Shown here: positions 55,181 through 63,953 of the stretch, piece after piece
Position numbering within the stretch: position 1 is the stretch's first letter
Layout: each line of letters starts with the position of its first letter
NCBI GenBank assembly: GCA_041663045.1
Contig: JBAZRH010000002.1
Span: 193,946 to 257,945, forward strand
Source: Minisyncoccota bacterium
GTDB taxonomy: Bacteria > Patescibacteriota > Minisyncoccia > Phycocordibacterales > GWA1-40-21
Direction: 5' to 3'
DNA length: 64,000 bases
Notes under the pieces: generated by a model
Database searches by the model: none
Told to the model about the DNA's origin: nothing
The model's input: only the letters and a program-made list of their open reading frames with translations
Program-made: the position numbers and the translations under genes

Positions 55181-55480
55181 CAAAATGAAAAAGGTGGAAA
55201 TCAATCCGCCTTTTTCATTTTGTGTCGCCAAGCAAGCAAACTGCTTTGCTTGCGGGTAGGAATCGAACAGCGGAACTATGTTTTTTCAGCAGAAAAAACT
55301 AGTGAGCTGGTGCCCAGACTTTTTCGAGCGACGGCGAGAAAAAAGTCGAGGGAGATAAGCGAAGTGGTCCTGCTGGAATCGAAGCCCCATTGAGCGTTTT
55401 TTGTAATTTCTGAATGAACAAAAAATCCAATGGGGGGGGTACTGACCCTGTAAGGGTCGATATCCTGCTGGCGGCTTTTT
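55181..55480 (+). repeat. composite GC-rich tRNA-trailing element(s) with two degenerate copies of the tRNA-Arg 3' end
   Basis: Terminator at 55180..55224; antisense GTAGGAATCGAAC (55256..55268); hairpin GACTTTTTC-GAGCGACGGCGAG-AAAAAAGTC (55317..55347); 3'-end-like GGAATCGAAGCCCC and GGGTCGATATCCTGCTGGCGGC-TTTTT (55454..55480). Confidence 0.6.
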
Positions 55481-55516
55481 GTAAAATCTCTCTCTTTGTG
55501 TTATAAATGTCTGGTT

Positions 55517-55589
55517 GGGCGATTAGCTCAGTTGGTAGAGCGCTTCATTTACACTGAAGATGTCACAGGTTCGAGTCCTGTATCGCCCA
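55517..55589 (+). tRNA. tRNA-Val (anticodon UAC)
   Basis: Acceptor GGGCGAT/ATCGCCC, D-arm GCTCAGTTGGTAGAGC, anticodon stem CTTCA/TGAAG with loop TTTACAC, T-arm ACAGGTTCGAGTCCTGT. Confidence 0.85.
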
Positions 55590-55742
55590 CAGGCAAAAAG
55601 AGGGCAAATGCGAAAACTTGAAGTATTTGTTCTCTTTTTGGCTAATGATACAGGATTCGAAAGACGGAACACGACGGTGTGAGTCGGGGTCGCAGGATTT
55701 TCTAGCAGGAAAATACCTGTGACCGAGTCCTGTATCGCCCAC
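55590..55742 (+). repeat. GC-rich tRNA-trailing element ending in a 19-nt exact copy of the tRNA-Val 3' end
   Basis: Antisense GATACAGGATTCG (55647..55659); GGTGTGAGTCGGGGTCGCAGG; junction CTGTGACCGAGTCCTGTATCGCCCAC (55717..55742) then TTTTTT-ATG of rluA. Confidence 0.65.
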
Positions 55743-55748
55743 TTTTTT

Positions 55749-56492
55749 ATGAAAAAATCCCCAGAAATAGAAATACTATATGAAGATAAAGACGCATTGG
55801 TTATAAACAAACCTGCTGGGCTTATTGTGCATCCCGACGGGCATACAGAAGAACCGACCCTCGTGGACTGGATTTTGAAGAAGTATCCGAGAATGAAAAA
55901 AGTTGGCGAACCACTTGTACTTTCGGATGGCACGGAAATCTTCCGCCCAGGGATTGTCCATAGAATAGACCGCGATACTTCTGGTGCACTTATTATTGCC
56001 AAGAATCAGAAAGCCTACGAATTCTTGAAAGGTCAATTTAAAGCGAGAAAGGTTCATAAAATCTATCATGCATTTATTTATGGGAATTTAAAAGAAGACA
56101 GAGGAATGATAGACCGCCCGATAGGTAGAAGTCCGAACGATTTCAGAAAATGGTCTGCACAGAGAGGGGCAAGAGGTGAACTTCGTCCGGCAACCACATA
56201 TTTTAGAGTGCTCGCAAGAAAAGACGGCATTACTTTCATTGAAGCAATACCAAAAACCGGTAGAACGCATCAAATCCGCACACATTTTAAAGCTATAAAC
56301 TATCCTGTGGTGCAAGATCATCTTTATGCCACCAGGAATCTTTTGGATCAAAAGAATCAAGCAGGATTCAAAAGGCTCGCCCTTCATGCCAAAGAGCTTG
56401 AGATTAAGATTTCACCGGAGAAGACTATAAATATTAAAGCCCCGTACCCGAGAGATTTCGATAAAGCAGTGAAAGAAATAAATAAAGTTTAG
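55749..56492 (+). CDS. rluA: RluA-family pseudouridine synthase
   Basis: [16 protein letters not shown] catalytic motif. Start taken at ATG 55749; the track's GTG start at 55719 translates the tRNA-3'-end copy (MTESCIAHFF). Confidence 0.8.
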   Translation: MKKSPEIEILYEDKDALVINKPAGLIVHPDGHTEEPTLVDWILKKYPRMKKVGEPLVLSDGTEIFRPGIVHRIDRDTSGALIIAKNQKAYEFLKGQFKARKVHKIYHAFIYGNLKEDRGMIDRPIGRSPNDFRKWSAQRGARGELRPATTYFRVLARKDGITFIEAIPKTGRTHQIRTHFKAINYPVVQDHLYATRNLLDQKNQAGFKRLALHAKELEIKISPEKTINIKAPYPRDFDKAVKEINKV

Positions 56493-56493
56493 C

Positions 56494-56991
56494 TTGCTAA
56501 TTGAGGCTGATTATGTTAAATTACTCATCACTATGGAATTAAAGAATATCAAAGTGGCACCGATAGATGTTGAAGCAAGAAAGAATGTAGACATAAGACC
56601 AGGAGATACCGTTCGTGTCTGGCAGAAAATTCAGGAAGGCGAAAAATCAAGACTTCAAGCTTTTGAAGGTGTTGTCCTTGCTAAAAAACACGGCAAAGAA
56701 AATGGCGGAACATTTACCGTAAGAAAAGTTATAGACAGTGTTGGAGTAGAGAGAATCTTTCCGTTATACTCACCAATTATAGATGAAATCGAAGTTTTGA
56801 AGAGAGCAAAAGTCAGAAGATCAAAACTTTACTTTATCAGAGAAAAAGCCGCAAAAGATATAAGAAAGAGAATGAAGAGCGAACTTTTAGAGGCAAGAAA
56901 AGAATCAAATACAGATACTTCCGAAGCCAAGAAAGTAAAAGAAGAAGTAAAAAAGGCAGAAGTGGAAGCAAAAGCAGAAGAGAAGAAATAA
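56494..56991 (+). CDS. rplS: 50S ribosomal protein L19 with N- and C-terminal extensions
   Basis: [27 protein letters not shown]...[34 protein letters not shown]. Confidence 0.85.
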   Translation: MLIEADYVKLLITMELKNIKVAPIDVEARKNVDIRPGDTVRVWQKIQEGEKSRLQAFEGVVLAKKHGKENGGTFTVRKVIDSVGVERIFPLYSPIIDEIEVLKRAKVRRSKLYFIREKAAKDIRKRMKSELLEARKESNTDTSEAKKVKEEVKKAEVEAKAEEKK

Positions 56992-57078
56992 AAAAAGAAA
57001 AGCCGCGCCCTTCGGGCGCGGCTTTTTATAAGAGATTGAAAATAAGGGTAAATCTGCTATTATGAGAAAGTTCGAAAT

Positions 57079-57162
57079 GCACGGGTGGCGAAACTGGTAG
57101 ACGCACTACCTTGAGGTGGTAGCGCCCGTAAGGGCGTGGAGGTTCGAGTCCTCTCCCGTGCA
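57079..57162 (+). tRNA. tRNA-Leu (anticodon GAG), long variable arm
   Basis: Acceptor GCACGGG/CCCGTGC, anticodon stem CTACC/GGTAG with loop TTGAGGT, variable arm CGCCCGTAAGGGCG, T-arm GGAGGTTCGAGTCCTCT. Confidence 0.8.
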
Positions 57163-57311
57163 CAAAATAAGCAAATTTATTTGCTTATGTAATTGGGGAC
57201 GAGAAAACCGGAGCGATGCCGAGCCAGCAGGCGAGGCCGTGAGGCGGGGTCGAGAGTTTTTGTGAGCGACGGCGAACAAAAAACTTGTGACCGAGTCCTC
57301 TCCCGTGCACA
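57163..57311 (+). repeat. GC-rich tRNA-trailing element ending in a 20-nt exact copy of the tRNA-Leu 3' end
   Basis: Terminator-like hairpin at 57165..57188; CCGTGAGGCGGGGTCGAGAG; hairpin AGTTTTTGT-GAGCGACGGCGA-ACAAAAACT (57255..57284); junction TTGTGACCGAGTCCTCTCCCGTGCACA then ATT-ATG of the pduO-type gene. Confidence 0.65.
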
Positions 57312-57313
57312 TT

Positions 57314-57865
57314 ATGTTATTCACTAGAAAAGGCGACGATGGTAAAACCACAATATTTGGCTGTGATCAGAGGCTTTCAAAGAGTTCTGATATTGCTGAA
57401 GCACTTGGAACACTTGATGAGGCGAATTCTTTCCTTGGAATCTGTAAGGCGAAGATGAGAGAATCGAAAACCAAGATTCTTAATTTAAAGATTGAAGAAA
57501 TTCTACATGCCATCCAAGAAAACTTATTTATAATACAAGCACAAGTCGCTGGTGGTGACAAAAGAATCGATAAAGAAAAAATTTCTGAAATGGAAAGTCT
57601 GATAGGAGGGATAGAAAGCGAATTGCCACCCATAAAATCATTTATGATTTCTGGCAGTACCGAAATATCCGCACTTTTCGATTTCGCTCGCACACTTTGC
57701 CGACGTGCTGAAAGGAGAGTGGTAGCAGTAAGTGAAGAAAACCTTGCGAAGATAGATGAAGAAACCCTCGCATATCTCAACCGCCTCTCAAGCTTAATCT
57801 ATGCTCTGGCTAGATATTTCTCCAAAGAAGCCGGTATAAAGGAAGAATCTCCAGAATATAAATAA
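57314..57865 (+). CDS. PduO-type ATP:cob(I)alamin adenosyltransferase family protein (MMAB-like)
   Basis: FTRKGDDGKTT N-terminal motif. Start taken at ATG 57314; the track GTG start at 57287 translates the tRNA-Leu 3'-end copy. Confidence 0.7.
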   Translation: MLFTRKGDDGKTTIFGCDQRLSKSSDIAEALGTLDEANSFLGICKAKMRESKTKILNLKIEEILHAIQENLFIIQAQVAGGDKRIDKEKISEMESLIGGIESELPPIKSFMISGSTEISALFDFARTLCRRAERRVVAVSEENLAKIDEETLAYLNRLSSLIYALARYFSKEAGIKEESPEYK

Positions 57866-57911
57866 GACAAAAACTAGATTTTAATCAAAAAATCTGTTAT
57901 AAATACCCCAT

Positions 57912-57985
57912 GGTGCTCATAGTGTAGCGGCTCTGCACGATTCCCTGTGGAGGAATAAGTTCCGGTTCGACACCGGATGGGCACC
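57912..57985 (+). tRNA. tRNA-His (anticodon GUG) with encoded G-1
   Basis: G-1 pairs with discriminator C73; acceptor GTGCTCA/TGGGCAC; anticodon stem ATTCC/GGAAT with loop CTGTGGA; T-arm TCCGGTTCGACACCGGA. Confidence 0.8.
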
Positions 57986-58011
57986 CATTTAATTATGTTA
58001 TACTTTCTCCC

Positions 58012-58746
58012 ATGCTTATTTTAATTGCCATTGGAGCCTTTGTAGCGACCATTTTGGGTGGATTATTTGCTATTCGTTTTAGAGATAAACTTCATCTAAT
58101 ACTTGGTTTTAGTGCTGGAGCGGTGCTCGGAGTCGCTTTTTTTGACCTTTTACCCGAGGCAATAAGTTTGGGAAATAAATTTTATGAGATATCTTATGTC
58201 ATGGGCTTTGTCGCTCTTGGCTTTATCTTTTATCTCATTTTAGACAGACTAACTCTTCTACATTGCCACGATGAAGGTTGTGATCATGGACACTCCGAAG
58301 AAAGCAAACAAAATAAGGGTGTTTTTGGAGCAATAAGTCTTTCGGTTCACAGTTTCTTAGATGGTGTGGCTGTAGGAATCGGTTTTCAGGTTTCAGTTGC
58401 TGTGGGTGTTGTGATAGCCGTCGCTGTGCTTGTCCACGACTTTTCAGATGGCTTAAATACTGCTAGCTTGATATTGAGAGGCGGGGGAGAGAAGAAAAAG
58501 GCTTTCAGATTTTTGATTATTGATGCCTTAGCTCCAGTCTTAGGTATATTCTCGACATTTCTTTTTATCCTGCCAGAGAAATCTTTCAGTATAATCCTCG
58601 CTCTATTTGCCGGTTTTTTCTTATACATAGGCGCAAGTGATCTCTTGCCAGAAAGCCACCACGCACATCCAAAAATCTTTACTACTATCATGACCCTTTT
58701 GGGTATGGGGCTTTTATATCTTGTTATAAGTCTGACTAGTTTTTAG
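58012..58746 (+). CDS. ZIP-family divalent metal transporter (ZupT-like)
   Basis: HSFLDGVAVGIGF and LVHDFSDGL metal-binding TM motifs. Confidence 0.75.
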   Translation: MLILIAIGAFVATILGGLFAIRFRDKLHLILGFSAGAVLGVAFFDLLPEAISLGNKFYEISYVMGFVALGFIFYLILDRLTLLHCHDEGCDHGHSEESKQNKGVFGAISLSVHSFLDGVAVGIGFQVSVAVGVVIAVAVLVHDFSDGLNTASLILRGGGEKKKAFRFLIIDALAPVLGIFSTFLFILPEKSFSIILALFAGFFLYIGASDLLPESHHAHPKIFTTIMTLLGMGLLYLVISLTSF

Positions 58747-58775
58747 TTATCAACAGGTCTGATAAACCCTAGCCG

Positions 58776-58803
58776 TTGACAATACCCCTAGGGGGTATAT
58801 ACT
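58776..58803 (+). promoter_or_regulatory. csoR-copA promoter with embedded 17-bp palindromic CsoR-type operator
   Basis: TTGACA (58776-58781), spacer ATACCCCTAGGGGGTAT (perfect palindrome, 58782-58798), TATACT (58798-58803); closely resembles the B. subtilis copZA operator TACCCTACGGGGGTA. Confidence 0.65.
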
Positions 58804-58812
58804 TGTCTATAT

Positions 58813-59076
58813 ATGAATATACAGAGAAAAAGACTTGTCCGTAGATTAAAGATTATTGAAGGGCAGATAAGAGGCCTCCAAGAAATGCTTTTGAAAGATA
58901 AATACTGTATTGATGTCATCACTCAAACATCGGCAGTAAAGCAGGCGCTCTCCGGAGTAGAGGACGCACTTATGGAGAATCATCTTGGTACATGTCTTAT
59001 AGCCCAGATTAAAAAGGGTAAAGAGAAAAAAGCTACCGACGAAATACTGAAAGTCTATAGGCTTAAAAGGAAATAA
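58813..59076 (+). CDS. csoR: CsoR/RcnR-family copper-sensing repressor
   Basis: RLKIIEGQIRGLQEMLLKDKYCIDVITQTSAVKQAL...HLGTC. Confidence 0.85.
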   Translation: MNIQRKRLVRRLKIIEGQIRGLQEMLLKDKYCIDVITQTSAVKQALSGVEDALMENHLGTCLIAQIKKGKEKKATDEILKVYRLKRK

Positions 59077-59079
59077 AAT

Positions 59080-61347
59080 ATGAGCTACATGAAAGCTTTT
59101 AAAATAAAAGGGATGCATTGCGCATCATGTGCCGGTATCATTGAGAAGACACTTAAGAAAAGTGTCGGAGTTTCTTTTGTAGAAGTGAATTATGGTACCG
59201 AGACGGCAAAAGTTGGATTTGATGAAACAAAAACAGATATAAATGGTTTATCCAGCAAAATAAATCCCCTCGGCTACTATTTTTTAACAGAAGAAGATCA
59301 CTCAAATCATGCTGGCATAAATCATTCAAAAGCAGATAAAATGGTTGAACTTAAAGACATGAAAAACAAAGTTATTTCTGCTATACCACTTGCAGTGATC
59401 AGTATCTTTATAATGGGATGGGATATTTTTTCTCAGTTTAACTTTGCGCCAGATATGCCTTATGTTTGGAAAGAGTTTTCCCATCATCTGCTTCCAGTAA
59501 TGGCCACTTATATGTTATTTGTCGTAGGCAAGCCATACCTTCTAGGCGTTTATCGTTTCCTGCGTTTCGGCAAGGCAAATATGGATACCCTTATAGGTAT
59601 AGGAACATCTGTTGCTTTTCTTTACAGTTTCATCGTCGGTGCTTTTGAAGAAAGTCTGAAGTTTTTTATAAATGTTGAAAATACTTATTTCGATGTGGTC
59701 ATCGTCGTCGTAGCGTTTATCACTCTTGGTAAATATCTTGAAGCCAGATCAAAACTAAAAACAGGTGATGCCATAGAAAAACTTTTAAATCTTCAGGCGA
59801 AGACCGCGCTGGTCGTAAGGAGCGGAAGTGAAATCGAGATACCGATAGGCGAAGTCATACATGGAGATTTGATCATTATAAAACCAGCTGGAAAAATACC
59901 AGTGGACGGTATACTTACTGAAGGGCACTCTTTTGTAGACGAAGCGATGATTTCCGGTGAACCAATACCGGTAGAGAAAAGCATAGGAGACACTGTCGTC
60001 GCAGGGACGATCAATACGACAGGTACTTTTATCTTCAAGGCGATAAAAGTTGGCTCTGAAACTATGCTTGCTAATATTATAAAGATGGTTGAGGAGGCAC
60101 AGGGGAGTAAAGCGCCGATCCAGGCTCTCGCAGACAAAATATCAAGTATTTTTGTGCCAATTGTTTTAGTCATAGCGTTTCTCGCTTTGATTTTATGGCT
60201 TGCTATCGGCACATATTTTCTCGGTTTTTCACAAGCTCTTTCTGCCGGACTCGTTTCGTTTGTGGGGATTCTCGTAATCGCTTGCCCTTGCGCTTTGGGG
60301 CTTGCTACTCCGACAGCTATAATCGTCGGTGTTGGTAAAGGTGCTCACGCAGGTATCCTTGTCAAAGATGCAGGGACACTCCAGAAACTTCATAAGGTAA
60401 ATGTGGTTGTGGTTGATAAGACAGGGACGATAACAAAGGGAAAGCCAGAACTTGTATCAATACAGAATCTCTCTGACGAAGAAGACTCTAAGATAATCTC
60501 GATACTTGCTACGCTTGAAAATAAATCCGAACACCCGATAGCGCAAGCGATCATCTCTTATGCAAACTCAAATAAAATTAAACTTTTGACCGTAGACAAA
60601 TTTGAGGCGGTGAAAGGGAAGGGGTTGAAAGGTGTCATCAATGGAGTTGAATATTTTGCCGGCAATACAAAGATGATGCAAGAACTCGGACTCCCTCTTG
60701 ACTTAAAAGCTTTGGAAAAAGAGACGAGCGAAGGGAAGACACCTGTAATCCTTGCGATTTCAAATAAAATTCTTGGTGTTATAATGGTTGCAGATACGAT
60801 AAAGAAAGAGGCGATATCGGCTGTCTCAGATCTTCACAAGCTTGGCATAAAGACAGTGATGCTTACTGGTGATGATAAGAATACAGCTAGGTTTATCGCC
60901 AGTCTTGTCGGCATAGACGAGGTCGTGGCGGAAGTGATGCCGGAGGACAAGCTCAATGTGATTAGGAAGCTTCAATCGGAGGGGAATATAGTAGCGATGG
61001 CCGGTGATGGAGTAAATGATTCCCCAGCTCTTGCACAGGCAGATGTAGGTATAGCCATGGCGACAGGAACAGATGTGGCGATTGAGAGTGCTGGCATCAC
61101 ACTTCTTCACGGAGATATTTCAAAGCTTGTAAAAGCGATCAGACTTTCAAAGATGACAATGCTTGGTATAAAGCAGAACCTTTTCTGGGCATTCTTCTAC
61201 AATATTGTCGGGATACCTCTTGCTGGAGGATTATTTTATCCGATTTTTGGTTGGCTACTTTCACCAGTATTTGCAGGTCTTGCTATGGCATTCTCAAGTG
61301 TGTCTGTGGTAGGCAATTCACTCCGTATTAAAGTTAAAAAGTTATAA
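59080..61347 (+). CDS. copA: copper-translocating P1B-type ATPase
   Basis: N-terminal HMA GMHCASCAG, TM CPC motif (ACPCALG), DKTGTIT, GDGVNDSPAL. Confidence 0.95.
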   Translation: MSYMKAFKIKGMHCASCAGIIEKTLKKSVGVSFVEVNYGTETAKVGFDETKTDINGLSSKINPLGYYFLTEEDHSNHAGINHSKADKMVELKDMKNKVISAIPLAVISIFIMGWDIFSQFNFAPDMPYVWKEFSHHLLPVMATYMLFVVGKPYLLGVYRFLRFGKANMDTLIGIGTSVAFLYSFIVGAFEESLKFFINVENTYFDVVIVVVAFITLGKYLEARSKLKTGDAIEKLLNLQAKTALVVRSGSEIEIPIGEVIHGDLIIIKPAGKIPVDGILTEGHSFVDEAMISGEPIPVEKSIGDTVVAGTINTTGTFIFKAIKVGSETMLANIIKMVEEAQGSKAPIQALADKISSIFVPIVLVIAFLALILWLAIGTYFLGFSQALSAGLVSFVGILVIACPCALGLATPTAIIVGVGKGAHAGILVKDAGTLQKLHKVNVVVVDKTGTITKGKPELVSIQNLSDEEDSKIISILATLENKSEHPIAQAIISYANSNKIKLLTVDKFEAVKGKGLKGVINGVEYFAGNTKMMQELGLPLDLKALEKETSEGKTPVILAISNKILGVIMVADTIKKEAISAVSDLHKLGIKTVMLTGDDKNTARFIASLVGIDEVVAEVMPEDKLNVIRKLQSEGNIVAMAGDGVNDSPALAQADVGIAMATGTDVAIESAGITLLHGDISKLVKAIRLSKMTMLGIKQNLFWAFFYNIVGIPLAGGLFYPIFGWLLSPVFAGLAMAFSSVSVVGNSLRIKVKKL

Positions 61348-61405
61348 TAGAAATACTTGTCCCGTTAGAAATTCATTTAGATAAAATTATAAATATAAAA
61401 ATATT

Positions 61406-62485
61406 ATGGAAGATAATCAAAAAATTATAGAAGACAATATTAGTAAAATTTCTATTGGGATGCAAAAGACATTTACATTTCACATAAGTGGTATGCACTG
61501 CAAATCTTGCGAGCTTTTATCTGAGAGTGAACTCTCAGAACTTCCGGAGATTATTTCCGTGAAGGCCAATATGAAAACATCAAAAATAGAGGTTATTGGA
61601 GGTTTCCAAGACGAAAATCAAGAGAGCATCGCGATGAGATTGACAGAAGTCTTGAAAAAGCACGGCTACACAATATCTTTGGAACCTATCGGGCGGATAG
61701 AGAATATTTGGTCTGATTTTAAAATTGCTTTACCGATAGCTTTTGTAATAATCGCCAGCTTTTTCCTCTTACAAAAGATGGGTCTTGTGAATCTCATTTA
61801 TTCAGGAAGCACTTCTTATGGGACGATTTTCGTGGTGGGCATCGTAGCTTCTCTTTCAAGCTGTATGGCTGTCGTGGGAGGACTTGTACTTTCAATGTCA
61901 GCGACTTTTGCTAGCTCTGGTAACAAAATGATTCCTCAAACTTTATTTCATGTCGGCAGGTTGATCTCATTCTTTATTCTTGGTGGGCTCCTTGGCGCTA
62001 TAGGCTCGACTCTGGCGATAAATAGCACAGTTTCACTTATCCTTGGTTTTGTTGTTGGTATTGTGATGTTTATTTTAGGATTAAATTTACTTGGGATTTT
62101 CCAATGGACCAAATATATCACTCCATCAATGCCAAGATTTATCTCAAAGCATGCTATTGGAGTTTCAAAGCTTAATCATTCGCTTACCCCGCTTTTCGTC
62201 GGTATTGTGACTTTCTTTCTGCCTTGTGGCTTTACTCAATCAATGCAGATAATCGCTCTTTCGACAGGATCATTTTTCTCCGGTGCGCTGACCATGCTTG
62301 TATTTGCGCTTGGGACGCTTCCTGTCCTTGCTCTTATAAGCTTTAGCTCGGTTGGATTTAAAGATAAAAACAAATCTAGAATCTTTTTGAAAACTGCCGG
62401 ACTTATCGTAATAGCATTTGCCATCCTGAATTTATTAAATGCTCTTGTAGCTTCTGGTTTTATAAGACCAATATTTAATTTCTAA
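61406..62485 (+). CDS. HMA-domain protein fused to a multi-TM permease (CcdA/DsbD-like or TauE/SafE-like)
   Basis: N-terminal GMHCKSCE heavy-metal-associated domain; 6-8 TM helices with intramembrane Cys (LSSCMAV, LPCGFTQ). Confidence 0.55.
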   Translation: MEDNQKIIEDNISKISIGMQKTFTFHISGMHCKSCELLSESELSELPEIISVKANMKTSKIEVIGGFQDENQESIAMRLTEVLKKHGYTISLEPIGRIENIWSDFKIALPIAFVIIASFFLLQKMGLVNLIYSGSTSYGTIFVVGIVASLSSCMAVVGGLVLSMSATFASSGNKMIPQTLFHVGRLISFFILGGLLGAIGSTLAINSTVSLILGFVVGIVMFILGLNLLGIFQWTKYITPSMPRFISKHAIGVSKLNHSLTPLFVGIVTFFLPCGFTQSMQIIALSTGSFFSGALTMLVFALGTLPVLALISFSSVGFKDKNKSRIFLKTAGLIVIAFAILNLLNALVASGFIRPIFNF

Positions 62486-62489
62486 AAGT

Positions 62490-62900
62490 ATGGAAAATAA
62501 AAACATAATTATTTCGATCTTGATTACCGCAATGTTAGTCGGCGGAGCCATATTTTTCGTAGGTAGAGAAAATAATTCTGATATGAATGTGAATCAAGGG
62601 GTTTTAATTTCTGGTGATAATATTTTGATAGAAAATGGCAGGCAGATTATAGACATAGATGTTAAGGGCGGATATTGGCCTAGGAAGACAGTGGCGAAAG
62701 CTGGAATTCCTACTATAATAAGATTTAAGACGAGTAGTACATTTGACTGTTCACTTTCTGTCAGACTTCCAAGTGAGGGTATTAGGAAAATACTTCCGCA
62801 GACCGGAAGCTCAGATATAGATATCGGCACTTCCACAGCTGGCCAATTCTTCGGAACATGTGGAATGGGAATGTATTCGTTTGAAATCGACTTCAATTAA
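62490..62900 (+). CDS. secreted/anchored putative copper-binding protein (cupredoxin-like?)
   Basis: N-terminal TM/signal anchor; C-terminal GTCGMGMY; position within the copper operon. Confidence 0.3.
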   Translation: MENKNIIISILITAMLVGGAIFFVGRENNSDMNVNQGVLISGDNILIENGRQIIDIDVKGGYWPRKTVAKAGIPTIIRFKTSSTFDCSLSVRLPSEGIRKILPQTGSSDIDIGTSTAGQFFGTCGMGMYSFEIDFN

Positions 62901-62903
62901 TTT

Positions 62904-63344
62904 ATGAAAATAATTTTCCTAACGGTTGGTAAGAAGGGGGGCATCACAGACGATGCTGTTTCAGAATATGTAAAAAGATTGCAAAAATATATTTCTGTCG
63001 AAAGGGTGATTTTGCCGAATTCAAATAAGAAGAAAGAAAATGAAACGATTGCGAAACACCTTTCAGATGAAGATTTTGTCGTTGCCCTAGACGAGAAGGG
63101 AAAGGGACTCTCAACCCTTGAACTTGCCAAGTTTTTAGAAGGGAAGATGATCTCTGGTGAGAAAAAGATTATTTTTGTGATCGGTGGGGCGTATGGATTA
63201 GACGAATCTATTATAAAAAGAGCAGATATGATATGGTCTCTTTCAAAGCTCACTTTTCCACATGAGATAGCGTGGATTGTCTTAGCCGAATCTGTATACC
63301 GAGCTTTTACTGTTATAAAAGGAGAGTCATATCATCATGCGTAG
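62904..63344 (+). CDS. rlmH: 23S rRNA (pseudouridine1915-N3)-methyltransferase RlmH
   Basis: SPOUT fold; FVIGGAYGLDE...SLSKLTFPHEIAWIVLAESVYRAF. Confidence 0.8.
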   Translation: MKIIFLTVGKKGGITDDAVSEYVKRLQKYISVERVILPNSNKKKENETIAKHLSDEDFVVALDEKGKGLSTLELAKFLEGKMISGEKKIIFVIGGAYGLDESIIKRADMIWSLSKLTFPHEIAWIVLAESVYRAFTVIKGESYHHA

Positions 63345-63353
63345 TCTATTTAT

Positions 63354-63953
63354 ATGGAAAGATATGTGAACATCATAAAAGATGGAGGAATAGGTGTCAT
63401 ACCGACAGATACTATTTATGGCATAGTTGCCAGTGCCTTTTCCATAGAGGGAGTTGAAAAGGTTTATAAAATAAAAGGGCGCGATTCGAAAAAACCGCCA
63501 GTGATTTTGATAAGCTCCGTGAAAGACTTGAATCTTTTTGGAGCAAGGCTGACAGAAAAGGCCAAAATTTTTATGAAAAAATTTTGGCCGGGCAGGATAA
63601 GTGTTGCTCTTTCTGTAGATAAAGTTGGATTAGACCATCTGGATCGGCTGGATGGAACTCTTGCCTTCAGATTACCGGACAAAAAAGACTTAATTGAATT
63701 TTTGAAAAAAACCGGCCCTATAATAGCACCAAGTGCCAATCCGGAGGGTATGCCACCGGCGAGAAATATTGAAGAAGCTAGGAAATATTTTGGCCTGCCC
63801 GGCCAGGGAGACAAAGTAGATTTTTATGTAGACGAAGGAGAGATTTCAGGTTTATCATCAACTCTCGTAAAAATAGTAGATAACGAGGTATCAATATTAC
63901 GCGAGGGTGCAATTAAAAGTGATGATATAATAAAAGTATGGAAAGAAATATAA
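63354..63953 (+). CDS. tsaC: threonylcarbamoyl-AMP synthase (YrdC/Sua5 domain)
   Basis: GGIGVIPTDTIYGIVASAF. Confidence 0.8.
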   Translation: MERYVNIIKDGGIGVIPTDTIYGIVASAFSIEGVEKVYKIKGRDSKKPPVILISSVKDLNLFGARLTEKAKIFMKKFWPGRISVALSVDKVGLDHLDRLDGTLAFRLPDKKDLIEFLKKTGPIIAPSANPEGMPPARNIEEARKYFGLPGQGDKVDFYVDEGEISGLSSTLVKIVDNEVSILREGAIKSDDIIKVWKEI

